Position numbers and translations under genes: made by a program. Below are positions 43,212 through 53,707 of a DNA stretch of 64,000 nt, piece after piece. Numbering within the stretch: the stretch's first letter is position 1; the number at the start of each line of letters is the position of its first letter. This DNA comes from Marinovum sp. (GTDB lineage Bacteria; Pseudomonadota; Alphaproteobacteria; Rhodobacterales; Rhodobacteraceae): assembly GCF_048263515.1 (NCBI RefSeq), contig NZ_JBLXEC010000018.1:20420-84419 (forward strand), given 5' to 3'. Under the pieces are notes generated by a model. That model was not told where the DNA came from, did not search any database, and saw nothing but the letters and a program-made list of their open reading frames with translations.

Positions 43212-44855
43212 ATGTCTGACCTGCGCGATGCCGCCATGACCTCGAAAGCCTGGCCTTTTGAAGAGGCGCGCCGCCTGCTCAAACGTTACGAGAAGGCGCC
43301 GCCGGAAAAGGGCTATGTGTTGTTCGAAACCGGCTACGGCCCGTCGGGCCTGCCGCATATCGGCACCTTCGGCGAGGTGCTGCGCACCACGATGATCCGT
43401 CGTGCGTTTGAGGTGATCTCGGACATTCCGACCCGGCTGATCTGTTTTTCCGACGATCTCGACGGGATGCGCAAGGTGCCGGGCAACGTGCCCAATCAAG
43501 AAGAGCTGGCCGAGCATCTGCAGAAGCCGCTGACATCCGTGCCCGATCCCTTCGGCACGCACGACAGCTTTGGCGATCACAACAATGCCATGCTGCGGCG
43601 GTTCCTCGATACCTTCGGCTTCGAGTATGAATTCTACTCGGCGACCGAGTTCTATCGCTCGGGCCAGTTCGACGAGGTGCTGCTGCGCGCCTGCGAGAAA
43701 TACGACGAGGTGATGAAGGTCATGCTCAAATCGCTCCGCGAGGAGCGGCGGCAGACCTATTCGATCTTTTTGCCGATCCACCCCGAGACCGGCCGGGTGC
43801 TCTATGTGCCGATGAAGAATGTCGATGCGGCCAAGGGCGAGATCACCTTCGACGACGAGGACGGCCGCGAATGGACCCTGCCGGTGACCGGCGGCAACGT
43901 GAAGCTGCAGTGGAAGCCCGACTTCGGCGCGCGCTGGGCGGCGCTGGGCGTCGATTTCGAGATGTACGGCAAGGACCACTCGACCAACACGCCGATCTAT
44001 GACGGCATCTGCCGCATCCTCGGCCAGCGGCCGCCGGAGCATTTCACCTATGAGCTGTTCCTCGACGACAAGGGGCAGAAGATCTCGAAGTCGTCGGGCA
44101 ACGGCATCTCGATCGACGAATGGCTGACCTATGCCTCGACCGAGAGCCTCAGCTACTTCATGTATCTCAAGCCCAAGACCGCCAAGCGGATGTATTTCGA
44201 CGTGATCCCCAAGGCGGTGGACGAATACCACCAGCAGCTGCGCGCCTATGCGACGCAGGATGCGGCGCAGCGGCTGAACAACCCGGTGTATCACATCCAC
44301 GGCCACAACGTGCCGGCGTCTGACATGGTGGTGTCCTTCTCGATGCTCTTGAACCTCGCCAGCGCGTCCTCGGCGGAGGACAAGGAAACGCTCTGGGGCT
44401 TCATCCGCAAATACGCCCCCGATGCCACCGCCGAGACCCATCCCGGCATGGATCAGGCGGCCGGTCACGCGGTGCGCTATTTCCAGGATTTCGTGAAACC
44501 TGCCAAGGTGTTCCGGGCCCCGACCGAGCAGGAACGCGCGGCGCTGGAAGACCTGGCCAAGGCGCTGGGCGATGGCGATTATGCGCGCGATCTGATCGCC
44601 CGCAAGAACGCCATGGCCGGCAAGGACGAGCCGCTGCCCGAGGTGGATTTCGCCGACGAGGAGTTCCTGCAGTCCATCGTCTTCGCCGTCGGCAATGTGC
44701 ATGAGATCGAGCCGCTGCGCGACTGGTTCAAGGCAATCTACGAGGTGCTTCTGGGCGCCAGCCAAGGCCCACGCTTCGGCGGCTTCATCGCACTATACGG
44801 CGTCGAGGAAACCGTGGCGCTGATCCGGAAGGGCCTGAACGGCGAACTGGGCTGA
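43212..44855 (+). CDS. lysS: Lysine-tRNA ligase, class I
   Basis: [30 protein letters not shown]. Confidence 0.95.
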   Translation: MSDLRDAAMTSKAWPFEEARRLLKRYEKAPPEKGYVLFETGYGPSGLPHIGTFGEVLRTTMIRRAFEVISDIPTRLICFSDDLDGMRKVPGNVPNQEELAEHLQKPLTSVPDPFGTHDSFGDHNNAMLRRFLDTFGFEYEFYSATEFYRSGQFDEVLLRACEKYDEVMKVMLKSLREERRQTYSIFLPIHPETGRVLYVPMKNVDAAKGEITFDDEDGREWTLPVTGGNVKLQWKPDFGARWAALGVDFEMYGKDHSTNTPIYDGICRILGQRPPEHFTYELFLDDKGQKISKSSGNGISIDEWLTYASTESLSYFMYLKPKTAKRMYFDVIPKAVDEYHQQLRAYATQDAAQRLNNPVYHIHGHNVPASDMVVSFSMLLNLASASSAEDKETLWGFIRKYAPDATAETHPGMDQAAGHAVRYFQDFVKPAKVFRAPTEQERAALEDLAKALGDGDYARDLIARKNAMAGKDEPLPEVDFADEEFLQSIVFAVGNVHEIEPLRDWFKAIYEVLLGASQGPRFGGFIALYGVEETVALIRKGLNGELG

Positions 44856-44931
44856 GCCCTGTCAACGGGGCCGTGATTTGATGCGCGGCCCCGGCGTGCT
44901 ATGGTTTGGGTGACCCATCGGAGGTTTCCCC

Positions 44932-45348
44932 ATGCTGCGCCGCATCCTTGCCGGTCTCGCCCTGATCCTTGCCCTGTCTCCCGCCATCGCGCAGGAGCCA
45001 CGACCAAGGAACCCCGAGATCGAGGCGGTGATCGGCGACCAGCTCGACGCCTTCGAGGCGCAGGATGTCGACCGCGCCTTTTCCCATGCCAGCCCGACGA
45101 TCCGCGGCATCTTCGGCTCGCCGGAGGTCTTTGGCCTGATGGTGCGGCGCGGTTATCCGATGGTCTGGCAGCCGGGCGAGGTGACCTATCTCGACCTCGC
45201 CGAGATCGGCGGCGCGCTCTGGCAGCGGGTCGAGATCATCGACCAGGCCGGCGAACGCCATTACCTCGGCTACCAGATGATCCCCGGCGAGACCGGCTGG
45301 AAGATTGGCGGCGTGCAGCTGCTGGAGGCGCCCGACATTTCTGTCTGA
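44932..45348 (+). CDS. DUF4864-family secreted protein
   Basis: Signal peptide; AFSHASPTIR..F..MVRRGYPMVW. Confidence 0.8.
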   Translation: MLRRILAGLALILALSPAIAQEPRPRNPEIEAVIGDQLDAFEAQDVDRAFSHASPTIRGIFGSPEVFGLMVRRGYPMVWQPGEVTYLDLAEIGGALWQRVEIIDQAGERHYLGYQMIPGETGWKIGGVQLLEAPDISV

Positions 45349-45388
45349 CGCCCGTTGCAGGAGCGGCGCACGGTGCTCTCAGCCGGCG

Positions 45389-45403
45389 TTAAGCCCCGAT
45401 TGA
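45389..45403 (+). promoter_or_regulatory. CtrA-like box (1 mismatch)
   Basis: TTAA-GCCCCGA-TTGA, 84 bp before ATG 45487. Confidence 0.4.
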
Positions 45404-45486
45404 TACCTCTTCCCCATCGGCGGGCGGCCCGGCTGCCCTGATGTGTGACATGCGCGATCTGGGCGCGATGCGGGAAAGGGACTTTC

Positions 45487-47772
45487 ATGAACAAGGCGAT
45501 TACCGAGGGCGTGGTTTTCATGCCGACGCCCTTCGCTGTCGGGCTCGATGTCTGGTCGAGCCAGAACGGCCGTCCGGGGGATGACACCTATGAAAACGCG
45601 GCCAATGCCGCATTCGTGCCGGCGGATCAGGATTTCGCCGGCTGTCTGGAAATCCAGAAATCCAGTTCGACGCAGAAGCTGCGCTACATGGGCCAGACGC
45701 CGATGCTGCCGGGCTGCTACCTGCGGGTGACGGCACGGGTCAAGGCGATCTCGGGCAACCTGCCCAGCGTGCGGATTGCGGGCTACCCGGCGCTGCCGAA
45801 CGGCACACAGGTCAGCGGGGTGACGGTCAGCGGGCCTTCGGTGGCGCTGACCACCTATGGCGAGATCGTCGAGGTCTCGGCCATCCTCGGGCCGGGCAAC
45901 CGCACCGGGGTCGACATGATCTGGGGCACGACGCCGGTGTTCGCGCATCTCGGTCTGGACCTGACCGGGGCCAACGGTGGCATCGTGCGGATCGACGATC
46001 TGGTGATCGAGGACATCACCGGCGTCTTTCTCGGCGAGTTGCTGGCTGCGGTCGATGTGCGCGACTATGGTGCCGTGGGCGACGGCACCACCGATGACAG
46101 CGCCGCCTTCGAGGCGGCCGACGATGCCGCCGACGGGCGCGAGATCCTGGTGTCCGACGGCACCTACCGGCTGGCCTCTGACGTGACGATCAACTCGCGC
46201 ATCCGCTTCGAGGGCACGGTGACCATGCCCGACAGCGCCATTCTGTCGCTGACCAGGAACTTCGAGCTCGGCAGCTACATCGACGCCTTCGGCAACGAGG
46301 AGCTGGGGTTCAGAAAGGCGTTTCAGTCGCTGCTGAACAACGCTGATCACGAAAGCCTCGACATGGGGGGACGGCGGATCACCATCACCGAACCCATCGA
46401 CATGCAGGCGGCGGTGAACAACAAGGACACCTATGCCCAGCGTCGCCATATTGCCAATGGCCAGTTCTATGCCACCGGCGACGCGGTCTGGGAGCCGGAT
46501 GTCTACACCAGCCAGGCGACCTATGCCGCCAGCGACGACAACACGCTGACCAATGTGACCAATGTCGCCAATATCCCGGTGGGTTCGCTGATCACCGGCA
46601 ACGGCGTCGCGCGCGAGACCTATGTCCGGTCCAAGAACGTCTCGGCGGGCGAGATCACCCTGTCGCAGCCTATGGGCGCGGCCACCGGCACGCAAAACCT
46701 GACCTTCACCCGCTTCAAGTACATGATCGATTTCAGCGGCTTCGAAAAGCTCACCAGCTTTTCCTTCTCTGACGTCGAGTTTCAGTGCAACAACAAGGCC
46801 AGCGCCCTGATGCTTGCCAAGACCGGCACGGTGTTTCAGGTGCGCGACTGCTATTTCACCCGGCCCAAGCACCGCGGCATCACCTCGATCGGCTATGGCT
46901 GTCAGGGGATGCTGGTCGACCGTTGCCAGTTTCTGTCGTCAGAGGGCAGCGAGCCGGCACAGAACCGGATCTCGATCGCGATCAATGCCAATGCCAATGA
47001 CGTCAAGCTGCGCAACAATCGCGCCAGCCAGTTCCGGCATTTCTGCATTCTGAGCGGCTCGAACTCGGTGGTGCAGGGCAACCACTTCTTCCAGGGCGAC
47101 GGCCAGCCCAACGGCGTGCGCATGGCCGGGCTGGTGCTGGCGCTGCGGTCCTGCAACGCCACGGTGGTGGGCAATTACGTCGACAATTGCTTCATCGAAT
47201 GGACCAACGAGCGCGAGGTGCAGCCGGATTTCGTCGGCGGTTTCGGCTTTGCGGGGCTGTCGATCACCAATAACGTCTTTCTATGTGGCGAGGTGCTGCC
47301 GTCCTTTGCCTGGATCGTGGTCAAACCCTTCGGCACCGGGCATTTCTTCAATGGCATCAACGTCACCGGCAACCTGTTCCGCGGCGTCGGCGCGGTGATC
47401 CAGCAGGCCGAGAAGGTCGACACCACCCATGCCGACATGAACTACGGCAACATGAAGAACGTCTATTTCACCGACAACACCTTCAACAACGTGTTCAAGA
47501 CCACCGAGAACCCGGTGGTGGTGTCGCATACCCAGTCGAGCGCCTCGGCGACCTGGCAGATCAGCGGCAGCGACGTCCTGGCCTTCGGCGGCGAGGCGCG
47601 GCGGGTTGTGGGGCTGGTGGCCACCGACCGGATCGAGACCGGGTCCAACGTGGCGCAGTGGGGGATGCCCTATACCAAGGCGGGGCAGGGCGCGGCCAAC
47701 GACCGGGTCGACCTGCACTGGGAAACGGCCGTGCGCGGACAGGTCGCCGTGACCATGCGCATGGACGTCTGA
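45487..47772 (+). CDS. Right-handed beta-helix (pectate lyase 3 / GH28-related) protein
   Basis: VDVRDYGAVGDGTTDDSAAF motif then Asn-rich beta-helix repeats; no signal peptide. Confidence 0.8.
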   Translation: MNKAITEGVVFMPTPFAVGLDVWSSQNGRPGDDTYENAANAAFVPADQDFAGCLEIQKSSSTQKLRYMGQTPMLPGCYLRVTARVKAISGNLPSVRIAGYPALPNGTQVSGVTVSGPSVALTTYGEIVEVSAILGPGNRTGVDMIWGTTPVFAHLGLDLTGANGGIVRIDDLVIEDITGVFLGELLAAVDVRDYGAVGDGTTDDSAAFEAADDAADGREILVSDGTYRLASDVTINSRIRFEGTVTMPDSAILSLTRNFELGSYIDAFGNEELGFRKAFQSLLNNADHESLDMGGRRITITEPIDMQAAVNNKDTYAQRRHIANGQFYATGDAVWEPDVYTSQATYAASDDNTLTNVTNVANIPVGSLITGNGVARETYVRSKNVSAGEITLSQPMGAATGTQNLTFTRFKYMIDFSGFEKLTSFSFSDVEFQCNNKASALMLAKTGTVFQVRDCYFTRPKHRGITSIGYGCQGMLVDRCQFLSSEGSEPAQNRISIAINANANDVKLRNNRASQFRHFCILSGSNSVVQGNHFFQGDGQPNGVRMAGLVLALRSCNATVVGNYVDNCFIEWTNEREVQPDFVGGFGFAGLSITNNVFLCGEVLPSFAWIVVKPFGTGHFFNGINVTGNLFRGVGAVIQQAEKVDTTHADMNYGNMKNVYFTDNTFNNVFKTTENPVVVSHTQSSASATWQISGSDVLAFGGEARRVVGLVATDRIETGSNVAQWGMPYTKAGQGAANDRVDLHWETAVRGQVAVTMRMDV

Positions 47773-47832
47773 CGACACCAAGGGGAGCCGGTGTCACGGG
47801 GTCGCGGCAACACCTGCCGCGGCCCTGAAGCC

Positions 47833-49296
47833 TCAGCGCACGCGCAGAAAGCGCGCCGACATCCAGCCGGCGGCGCCATCGGGCATGACCATGCGCCACC
47901 AGACGTCGTTCGATTCGCGGCATTCGGCAGCGGCCTGGAAATCCGTAGCGCTCAGCCCGTCGCGGGTCGCATGGTCGCAGGCGGCGCGGCAGATCTCTGA
48001 CGAGATGAAGAAGGCGCTTTCGTCCTTGGCGATGGGCGAGACGAAGGCCGCCTTGGGTGCTTCGGCGACGATCTCGGCACTGAAGTTCGGCTCGGACCGC
48101 AGGGTGGCGAATTCGTTGACGTTGACCACCTGGTAGCGATCGGCGCCCGGCGCACAAAGCGCGTTGGCGGCCGCCGGCGGCAGCTCTTCGCCGTCACCGG
48201 CGAGATCGGCCAGCTTCGAGGCGCCGGGGAAGATCACGATCGGCTCGAAGAAGGTGAAGGGGCCGGTGGCCTGTTCGATCAGCCGCTCGATTTCGAGGGC
48301 CGTTGGCGGCGCATCGCTGGGCGCCTCGCTCTGGCCGTTCCAGGCTGCCTGTTGCAACACTCGAGCCGAAACGCCGCCGGTGCCCGAGCGCGGTTGGAAC
48401 CAGCGCACCTCGCAGACCGTCCAGTAAAGCTCGCCCTCGGCACGGTAGCCGGTCAGCCAGGCGCCGCGCCGCGCGCCGGTCTCCGCAGGGGCCAGCATCA
48501 TGCCGGCGGTGGCCTGAAAGGTTCGGGTGCTTTCCGGGCGCGCGAAGTGATCGGGCCGCATCTCGGGGTCGATCCGCTCACAGATCTCGCGCAGCTGGTC
48601 CTGGCTCATCTCGTCGGGCAGGGGGCGCACGCCCTCGACGCGGATACCGACGTCGATGGTGCGGGTGACGGTGTCGACCATCAGGTGTTCGCCAGGCGGC
48701 TGGGTGAAGATCTCGAGCGCGAAACTGTGGCTGATGCTGAGGATCGGCAGCTTGCCGAAGAGCTCGGCGGTGGCGAGCTGCGCCTCCTGGAAGGCCTCGG
48801 TCACCTGGTCCTCGGTCAGGGTGCCGTCGGGCAGCTCCAGCCCCGGCGCCTGAAATCCGAGGGTCGCGGCGGCGTGAATCGAGCGGTCGAGGGTGCGCAC
48901 CACGCCTTCCTCCAGGCTCGCGCGGGTGCCGCCGAGAAAGGCCAGCGCACAGGCGCCAAGACAGCTCTTGCCCTCGGCCACATGGGACGAGATGCCCTTG
49001 AGCCGCAGGTATTCGGCGATCGCGATGCCTTCGACGAAGTCGCCGCCGGGGCTGTCGAGGCAGAGCCGGGGCGCCGCATCGAAGTATTGCGCATCCTCGG
49101 CGCCGCCGGGCAGGAGCCGGGCCAGCTTGGCCCGGTCGCCTGTCTCGATCTCGCCGGTGGCGCGGGCATTGCAGCCCTCGGGGTGCGAATTGACCAGCCG
49201 GATTTCCATTGCCTGCGCGGGCGCGGCGAGGCCCAGCCAGAGGCCAAGCCCCGCGGTCAGGGCGGCAAGCGAAGTCAGGCGGCGGATCAGGGGCAT
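47833..49296 (-). CDS. Secreted protein with COG3904-like domain and C-terminal SH3-like domain
   Basis: Signal peptide AQA; LCLDSPGG, CLGACALAFLGG, LGFQAP; C-terminal ATLRSEP...WWR..GWMSARFL. Confidence 0.65.
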   Translation of the reverse strand: MPLIRRLTSLAALTAGLGLWLGLAAPAQAMEIRLVNSHPEGCNARATGEIETGDRAKLARLLPGGAEDAQYFDAAPRLCLDSPGGDFVEGIAIAEYLRLKGISSHVAEGKSCLGACALAFLGGTRASLEEGVVRTLDRSIHAAATLGFQAPGLELPDGTLTEDQVTEAFQEAQLATAELFGKLPILSISHSFALEIFTQPPGEHLMVDTVTRTIDVGIRVEGVRPLPDEMSQDQLREICERIDPEMRPDHFARPESTRTFQATAGMMLAPAETGARRGAWLTGYRAEGELYWTVCEVRWFQPRSGTGGVSARVLQQAAWNGQSEAPSDAPPTALEIERLIEQATGPFTFFEPIVIFPGASKLADLAGDGEELPPAAANALCAPGADRYQVVNVNEFATLRSEPNFSAEIVAEAPKAAFVSPIAKDESAFFISSEICRAACDHATRDGLSATDFQAAAECRESNDVWWRMVMPDGAAGWMSARFLRVR

Positions 49297-49368
49297 GGGG
49301 TTCTTCCATTCTGGCGGATCGCTCCAGTCTAACCAACTGTCGCGCCATAGCAATTCCCCGCGTGTGGG

Positions 49369-50052
49369 TCAGAACTCCTGCCAGAGGCCGATTTTCACCC
49401 CGGGCGGCGCCGGGTCCTGCAGGTCGAAGATCACCCCGCCCTGGACCTTGACCCTGTCGCCGAAGGGCACCACGAGGCTGGGCGCAAAGCTGGAGTAGGG
49501 CGCGTCGCCGACCTGGGTGTGAAAGACCTGCGCCATTGCCTTGAGCCCGCTGGCAAAGGTCAGCCCCGCGGTCACGTCGACCTTGCTCTGGCGCAGGAAC
49601 TCGGCGCCGGGGCCCTCGGCCATGACCTGTCGGGTGTCGACCGAGAACCAGCCGTAGTGGGGCCCGAGCTCGAAGCCGCGGCCGAAATTGAGCCCGACGG
49701 CGGTGTAGGTCTGATCGCCGACCTTGCCGAGGCTGGCCTCGACGGCCAGCCGGCTGCCCTGCCGCTCGACCAGCGGCAAGCGGGCAAAGAGCCGGTAATC
49801 GGGGTCGGCGGCGTGGTAGTAGGGGTCGAAACCGATGCTCTGGCCGATGTCGAGCCCAAGGGTGAGCGACTGCGTCAGCCCGTATTCCAGGTAGAGATTG
49901 TTAAAGATGGTGAGGTCGGTCAGGTTCCCCGCCCCCCCGAAGCCGCTGATCTGCGTCGAGGTGGCGAGGAACCATCGGCCCTTGTCACGCGGCCAGGCCC
50001 CTGCCGACGCCATGCCCGCCAGCAAGGCAAAGATGACGGCCAGCAGGCGCAT
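49369..50052 (-). CDS. Hypothetical outer-membrane beta-barrel-like protein
   Basis: Signal peptide, AWPR..G, YLEYGLT, amphipathic strands, terminal Phe (WQEF). Confidence 0.65.
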   Translation of the reverse strand: MRLLAVIFALLAGMASAGAWPRDKGRWFLATSTQISGFGGAGNLTDLTIFNNLYLEYGLTQSLTLGLDIGQSIGFDPYYHAADPDYRLFARLPLVERQGSRLAVEASLGKVGDQTYTAVGLNFGRGFELGPHYGWFSVDTRQVMAEGPGAEFLRQSKVDVTAGLTFASGLKAMAQVFHTQVGDAPYSSFAPSLVVPFGDRVKVQGGVIFDLQDPAPPGVKIGLWQEF

Positions 50053-50195
50053 CGGCGGACCTTTCCGGTGACTCTCCCCACCGCCCAGAGTGGCGGCTCA
50101 TGGTAAACAAGAGGTTAACGGGACCCGCCGCCGCGCCGCTTCTGGCCAAGCCGCACCGGCTGCGGTATCACCGCAGGGCAATGGCAGGACGACAC

Positions 50196-51038
50196 ATGAC
50201 CGATTTGACCGAACTGGCCCGGCTGATCCGCGAAGACAGCGCCGCGCGCGGGCAGCCGATCTCGAAACTTGGCTATTTCTGCGCGCCGTTCCGGCCCACC
50301 CAAGGCCCGTTTTCCGATCGGGTGATCAAGGTCTATCGCGGCTCGACCGACGCCGCGTTGATGGCGCGGCTGGCGCAATGCCACGCGGATTACGTGGCCG
50401 CTCTGCACACGACTGGCGTGCCGGTGCCGGAAACCGAGTTTCACCTGCTGCCCGAGGGCGATCTGCAGGTGCCGGTTATCGTGCAGGAGGCGCTGCCGGC
50501 CGAGACGATGATGCGGCCGCAGATGCAGGCCGCGCCGCTGAACGAGGCGCTCGAGCTGATGGAGGCGGCGGGCCAGGTGATCGCGCGCTTCTGGAACAAC
50601 GCCGATCAGTTCGGCACCCGCATCGGCTTTCACCCCTCGATCCGCAATTTCGCCGTCGCCGACGGCACGGCCAGCTTCTTCGACACCTTCCCGCCGCTGA
50701 TCCACTACTCCCGCCCCGAAATGGGCCGGATGCTGCTGACCTTCTCGGAAAGCCCGATCATGCGCACCGTGGGCCCGCTGCTGCGCCGCCGCGTGACCGG
50801 CATTCAGGACGAATGGTATTCGCCTCCGGAGACGCTGGTCGGGTTGGTAGGCTCGGCCTGCCGGCTGCGACCCGACGATGGCGAGGCCTTCCTCGCCTGG
50901 GGCCGCGAGTTCATGAACCGCGAGATGCCGCGCTGGGCGGACGAGGCGTTGCCGCATCTGCAACGCCCGCCGCGGCTGCCCGGATACTGGACCGGCATGC
51001 GCAAGCTGCTGGGGCTTCAGGGCGAGCCGAACGTCTGA
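50196..51038 (+). CDS. Hypothetical protein (DUF6206-like, possible kinase-like fold)
   Basis: KLGYFCAPF, VIKVY, HPSIRNF..FFDTFPP. Confidence 0.6.
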   Translation: MTDLTELARLIREDSAARGQPISKLGYFCAPFRPTQGPFSDRVIKVYRGSTDAALMARLAQCHADYVAALHTTGVPVPETEFHLLPEGDLQVPVIVQEALPAETMMRPQMQAAPLNEALELMEAAGQVIARFWNNADQFGTRIGFHPSIRNFAVADGTASFFDTFPPLIHYSRPEMGRMLLTFSESPIMRTVGPLLRRRVTGIQDEWYSPPETLVGLVGSACRLRPDDGEAFLAWGREFMNREMPRWADEALPHLQRPPRLPGYWTGMRKLLGLQGEPNV

Positions 51039-51113
51039 GAGGTTCTCAAGCGATTTGGGGGCTTTGACTGCTGGCTGCACCGTGGCAGGGTGGAGTTCAC
51101 AGGAGGAGTTCCC

Positions 51114-51434
51114 ATGCCCGAAATCAAGCGCGACGCCCAGCTTCAGACCGTGATCACCACCTTCGAGATGACCCCCGGCACCTGCCAGGATCTGCTCGAC
51201 GCCCTGCAGGATGCCTACGAATCCTTCATCTCGAAACAAAAGGGGTTTGTCGCCGCCGGGCTGCATGTGAACGACGCCCAGACCCGGATCGCCAACTACT
51301 CGCAATGGCAGAGCCGCGAGGATTTCCTGGCGATGCTGCGCTCTGACGAGATGCGCAGCCGCAACCGCAAGATCAACGAGCTGTGCCGCAGCTTCGAGCC
51401 GGTGATGTACGACGTGGCGGCGACCTTCGATTGA
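51114..51434 (+). CDS. Antibiotic biosynthesis monooxygenase (ABM) family protein
   Basis: QKGF..AGLH..IANYSQWQS; RBS AGGAGG. Confidence 0.85.
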   Translation: MPEIKRDAQLQTVITTFEMTPGTCQDLLDALQDAYESFISKQKGFVAAGLHVNDAQTRIANYSQWQSREDFLAMLRSDEMRSRNRKINELCRSFEPVMYDVAATFD

Positions 51435-51982
51435 CCGATGAGGCACTGCGGCTGGAGCAGCGCGCCGGCCTGCCGGAGGCGCTGCGCGTGCTGCTGGCCG
51501 AATATCCGCGGGAGGGTTGGAAGGCGCATGCGAACTTCGCCGGGCTGGTGGCCTTCTGGCTCGACCGGCACTTGATGTTCCGCCAGCTGACCGAGACCCT
51601 GATCCGCGATGCCGAGACCAGGGTCGATGGCGGCATGGACCGGCAGGCCTATGGCCAGCGGCTGGGGCGGCTGGGGTCGATGCTGGTCAACCAGCTGCAC
51701 GGCCACCACCAGATCGAGGACATGCATTACTTCCCCAAGCTCGCCGGGCTCGAGACCCGGCTGCAGCGCGGCTTCGACCTGCTCGACAGCGATCATCACG
51801 CCATGGATGGCTTGCTCGACCGGTTCACAAAATTCGCCAACGGCGTGTTGCAAGGCGGCGAGGCGGGGCATTTTCACACCGAGGTTCAGGGCTTCACCGC
51901 CCTGCTGAACCGTCATCTGATCGACGAGGAAGAACTGATCGTGCCGGTGATCCTGAAATATGGGGCCGAGGGGCTGGAGTAG
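51431..51982 (+). CDS. Hemerythrin-domain protein
   Basis: WLDRHLMFR, LHGHHQIED, LDSDHH, HLIDEEE; TTG start overlapping the upstream stop. Confidence 0.85.
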   Translation: MTDEALRLEQRAGLPEALRVLLAEYPREGWKAHANFAGLVAFWLDRHLMFRQLTETLIRDAETRVDGGMDRQAYGQRLGRLGSMLVNQLHGHHQIEDMHYFPKLAGLETRLQRGFDLLDSDHHAMDGLLDRFTKFANGVLQGGEAGHFHTEVQGFTALLNRHLIDEEELIVPVILKYGAEGLE

Positions 51983-51984
51983 GC

Positions 51985-52365
51985 TCAGCCCACCGGTGGC
52001 GACGGGCGGGTGACGATGAAGAGCGCCGCCCCGGCCATCACCACCGCCTGCAACGTCAAAAGCCAGGCGCTGAGGCCGAAGACGAGGCCCGCGACCAGCA
52101 CCACACCCATGGTCGAGACCGCCAGCACCTTGGCGCGCTGGGAGATCGCGCGGTATTCGCGCCAGTTGATGATCGGCGGCCCGAGGGTGGGGTGTTCCAC
52201 CAGCCAGTCGTGCAGCCGTGGTGACGACCTGGCAAAGCAGAAGGCCGCGATCAGCAGGAACACCGTGGTGGGCAGCAGCGGCAGGAAGATGCCCAGCACG
52301 CCCAGGCCGATGGCCAGGCATCCGAGCACGATCCAGAATAGGCGAAGCAAGGCGGCAACTCTCAT
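51985..52365 (-). CDS. YbaN/DUF454-family membrane protein
   Basis: LPLLPTTVFLLIAAFCFARSSPRLHDWL. Confidence 0.9.
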   Translation of the reverse strand: MRVAALLRLFWIVLGCLAIGLGVLGIFLPLLPTTVFLLIAAFCFARSSPRLHDWLVEHPTLGPPIINWREYRAISQRAKVLAVSTMGVVLVAGLVFGLSAWLLTLQAVVMAGAALFIVTRPSPPVG

Positions 52366-52519
52366 GTCGCGCAAGCTAGCACGGCATCGGGAAATTGCCC
52401 GTGCGAAAGCCCGGGATCGCGGCTTTTTCACCACAGGGGCGGGGGCCGCAGGGCCGGTCGGCGTGAAAATCAGCGTCCGGGGGCTGGCGGCTGGGGGCCG
52501 CGCGGGATAGCTTTGCGCC

Positions 52520-52795
52520 ATGTCGGATGATCTCGTCAGTGAAATCAGAGCCTTGCGGAGGGAAGTTGAAAAGCTCAACGGCCACCGCTTCTTTCGCATT
52601 CACGACAAGTTCTGGACCATGCTCTGGCATTCGCTGGCGCGCGGGTTGATGATGGGCCTCGGCACCGTCGTCGGCGCGACGGTGCTGCTGTCACTGGTGA
52701 TCTGGACGCTGAGCCAGATCGAGTTCATCCCGATCGTCGGCGAATGGGCGCGGCAGATCATCGACATCGTACAGGACGTCGGCTCCGGCAACTGA
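52520..52795 (+). CDS. DUF5665-like small membrane protein
   Basis: RGLMMGLGTVVGATV..IPIVGEW. Confidence 0.75.
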   Translation: MSDDLVSEIRALRREVEKLNGHRFFRIHDKFWTMLWHSLARGLMMGLGTVVGATVLLSLVIWTLSQIEFIPIVGEWARQIIDIVQDVGSGN

Positions 52796-52810
52796 GGCGT
52801 CAGCGCCCGC

Positions 52811-53644
52811 TCAGAACCCCAGCCGGCGCAGCGGGCCGATGACGCGGCGAAAGACGATCGGCGGCAGCACGTCCTGCAGCATTTCGAGCCGGCGCACCTC
52901 GCGGTCGGCCTGGTCATGGGTGCCGGGGCGAGGGCGGAAGAGCGTGGTGTGGCTGCGCTTGGTATGGTCCCAGGTCGCGGTGTAATAATAGAGCGCCATC
53001 GACATCCGCGGCTCGCCCTTGGGGTGGTTCACCGTCTCGGGGTTGCCGTGCCAGGTGTCTGAGCCGGTGTTGAAACAGCACATGCGGTTGTATTCCGGCA
53101 CGAAGCTCTCGACCTTTTGGCTCATGTCTTCGTTCCAGATCTCGAAGGACCCGCCGTATTCGGCCTTCCAGTCCTTGTTGAGGTAAATCAGGATGTTGAG
53201 CCGCCGCTCGAGGTTGAGTTTGGCGTTGTGGTTGAAGTCGGCGTGGATGTCGAGATGACCGCCATTGGCCACCACATGCACCCCGCCGCCGGCGAAATAG
53301 GGATCGGGGATCAGCCCGCTGATGCCGGTCAGCTCTTCGAGAAAGCGCACGAAGGGACGGGAATTCAGCGTGTAGAACAGCTGCCGCGTGTACATCGGCA
53401 GGCGTTCCGGCAGGTAGGAGGTCTTCAGCTTTTCCTGCGGCCGGTTGAAGCTGTCTTCGGCCTCGGGCAGGGTCTTGAGCTCGGCAATGACCCGGTCCAG
53501 CACCTCTTCGGGCAGGAAATCGGTAAAGGTGCCATAGGGATAGGGCTTGCGGGCCTGATAGCTCTCGGCTGCGGATTTGGCAGCCGCCTGGGCGGCCTTG
53601 GAATCGATGAGAAGTGTTTCGGGATCAATCGGAATGACGGCCAT
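52811..53644 (-). CDS. 2OG-Fe(II) oxygenase family protein
   Basis: GGGVH, HLDIHADFN (HxD), RRLNILIYLN, TWHG, RMSMALYYY. Confidence 0.88.
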   Translation of the reverse strand: MAVIPIDPETLLIDSKAAQAAAKSAAESYQARKPYPYGTFTDFLPEEVLDRVIAELKTLPEAEDSFNRPQEKLKTSYLPERLPMYTRQLFYTLNSRPFVRFLEELTGISGLIPDPYFAGGGVHVVANGGHLDIHADFNHNAKLNLERRLNILIYLNKDWKAEYGGSFEIWNEDMSQKVESFVPEYNRMCCFNTGSDTWHGNPETVNHPKGEPRMSMALYYYTATWDHTKRSHTTLFRPRPGTHDQADREVRRLEMLQDVLPPIVFRRVIGPLRRLGF

Positions 53645-53707
53645 GAAAATATCCTCGCGAGGTTGCGGACCGACTAACAAGGGATCTTGGCAGAATTAAG
53701 GATGCCT

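Noticed and set aside
43212-44855. Class I (archaeal-type) lysyl-tRNA synthetase
   Set aside because: Common in alphaproteobacteria; not novel
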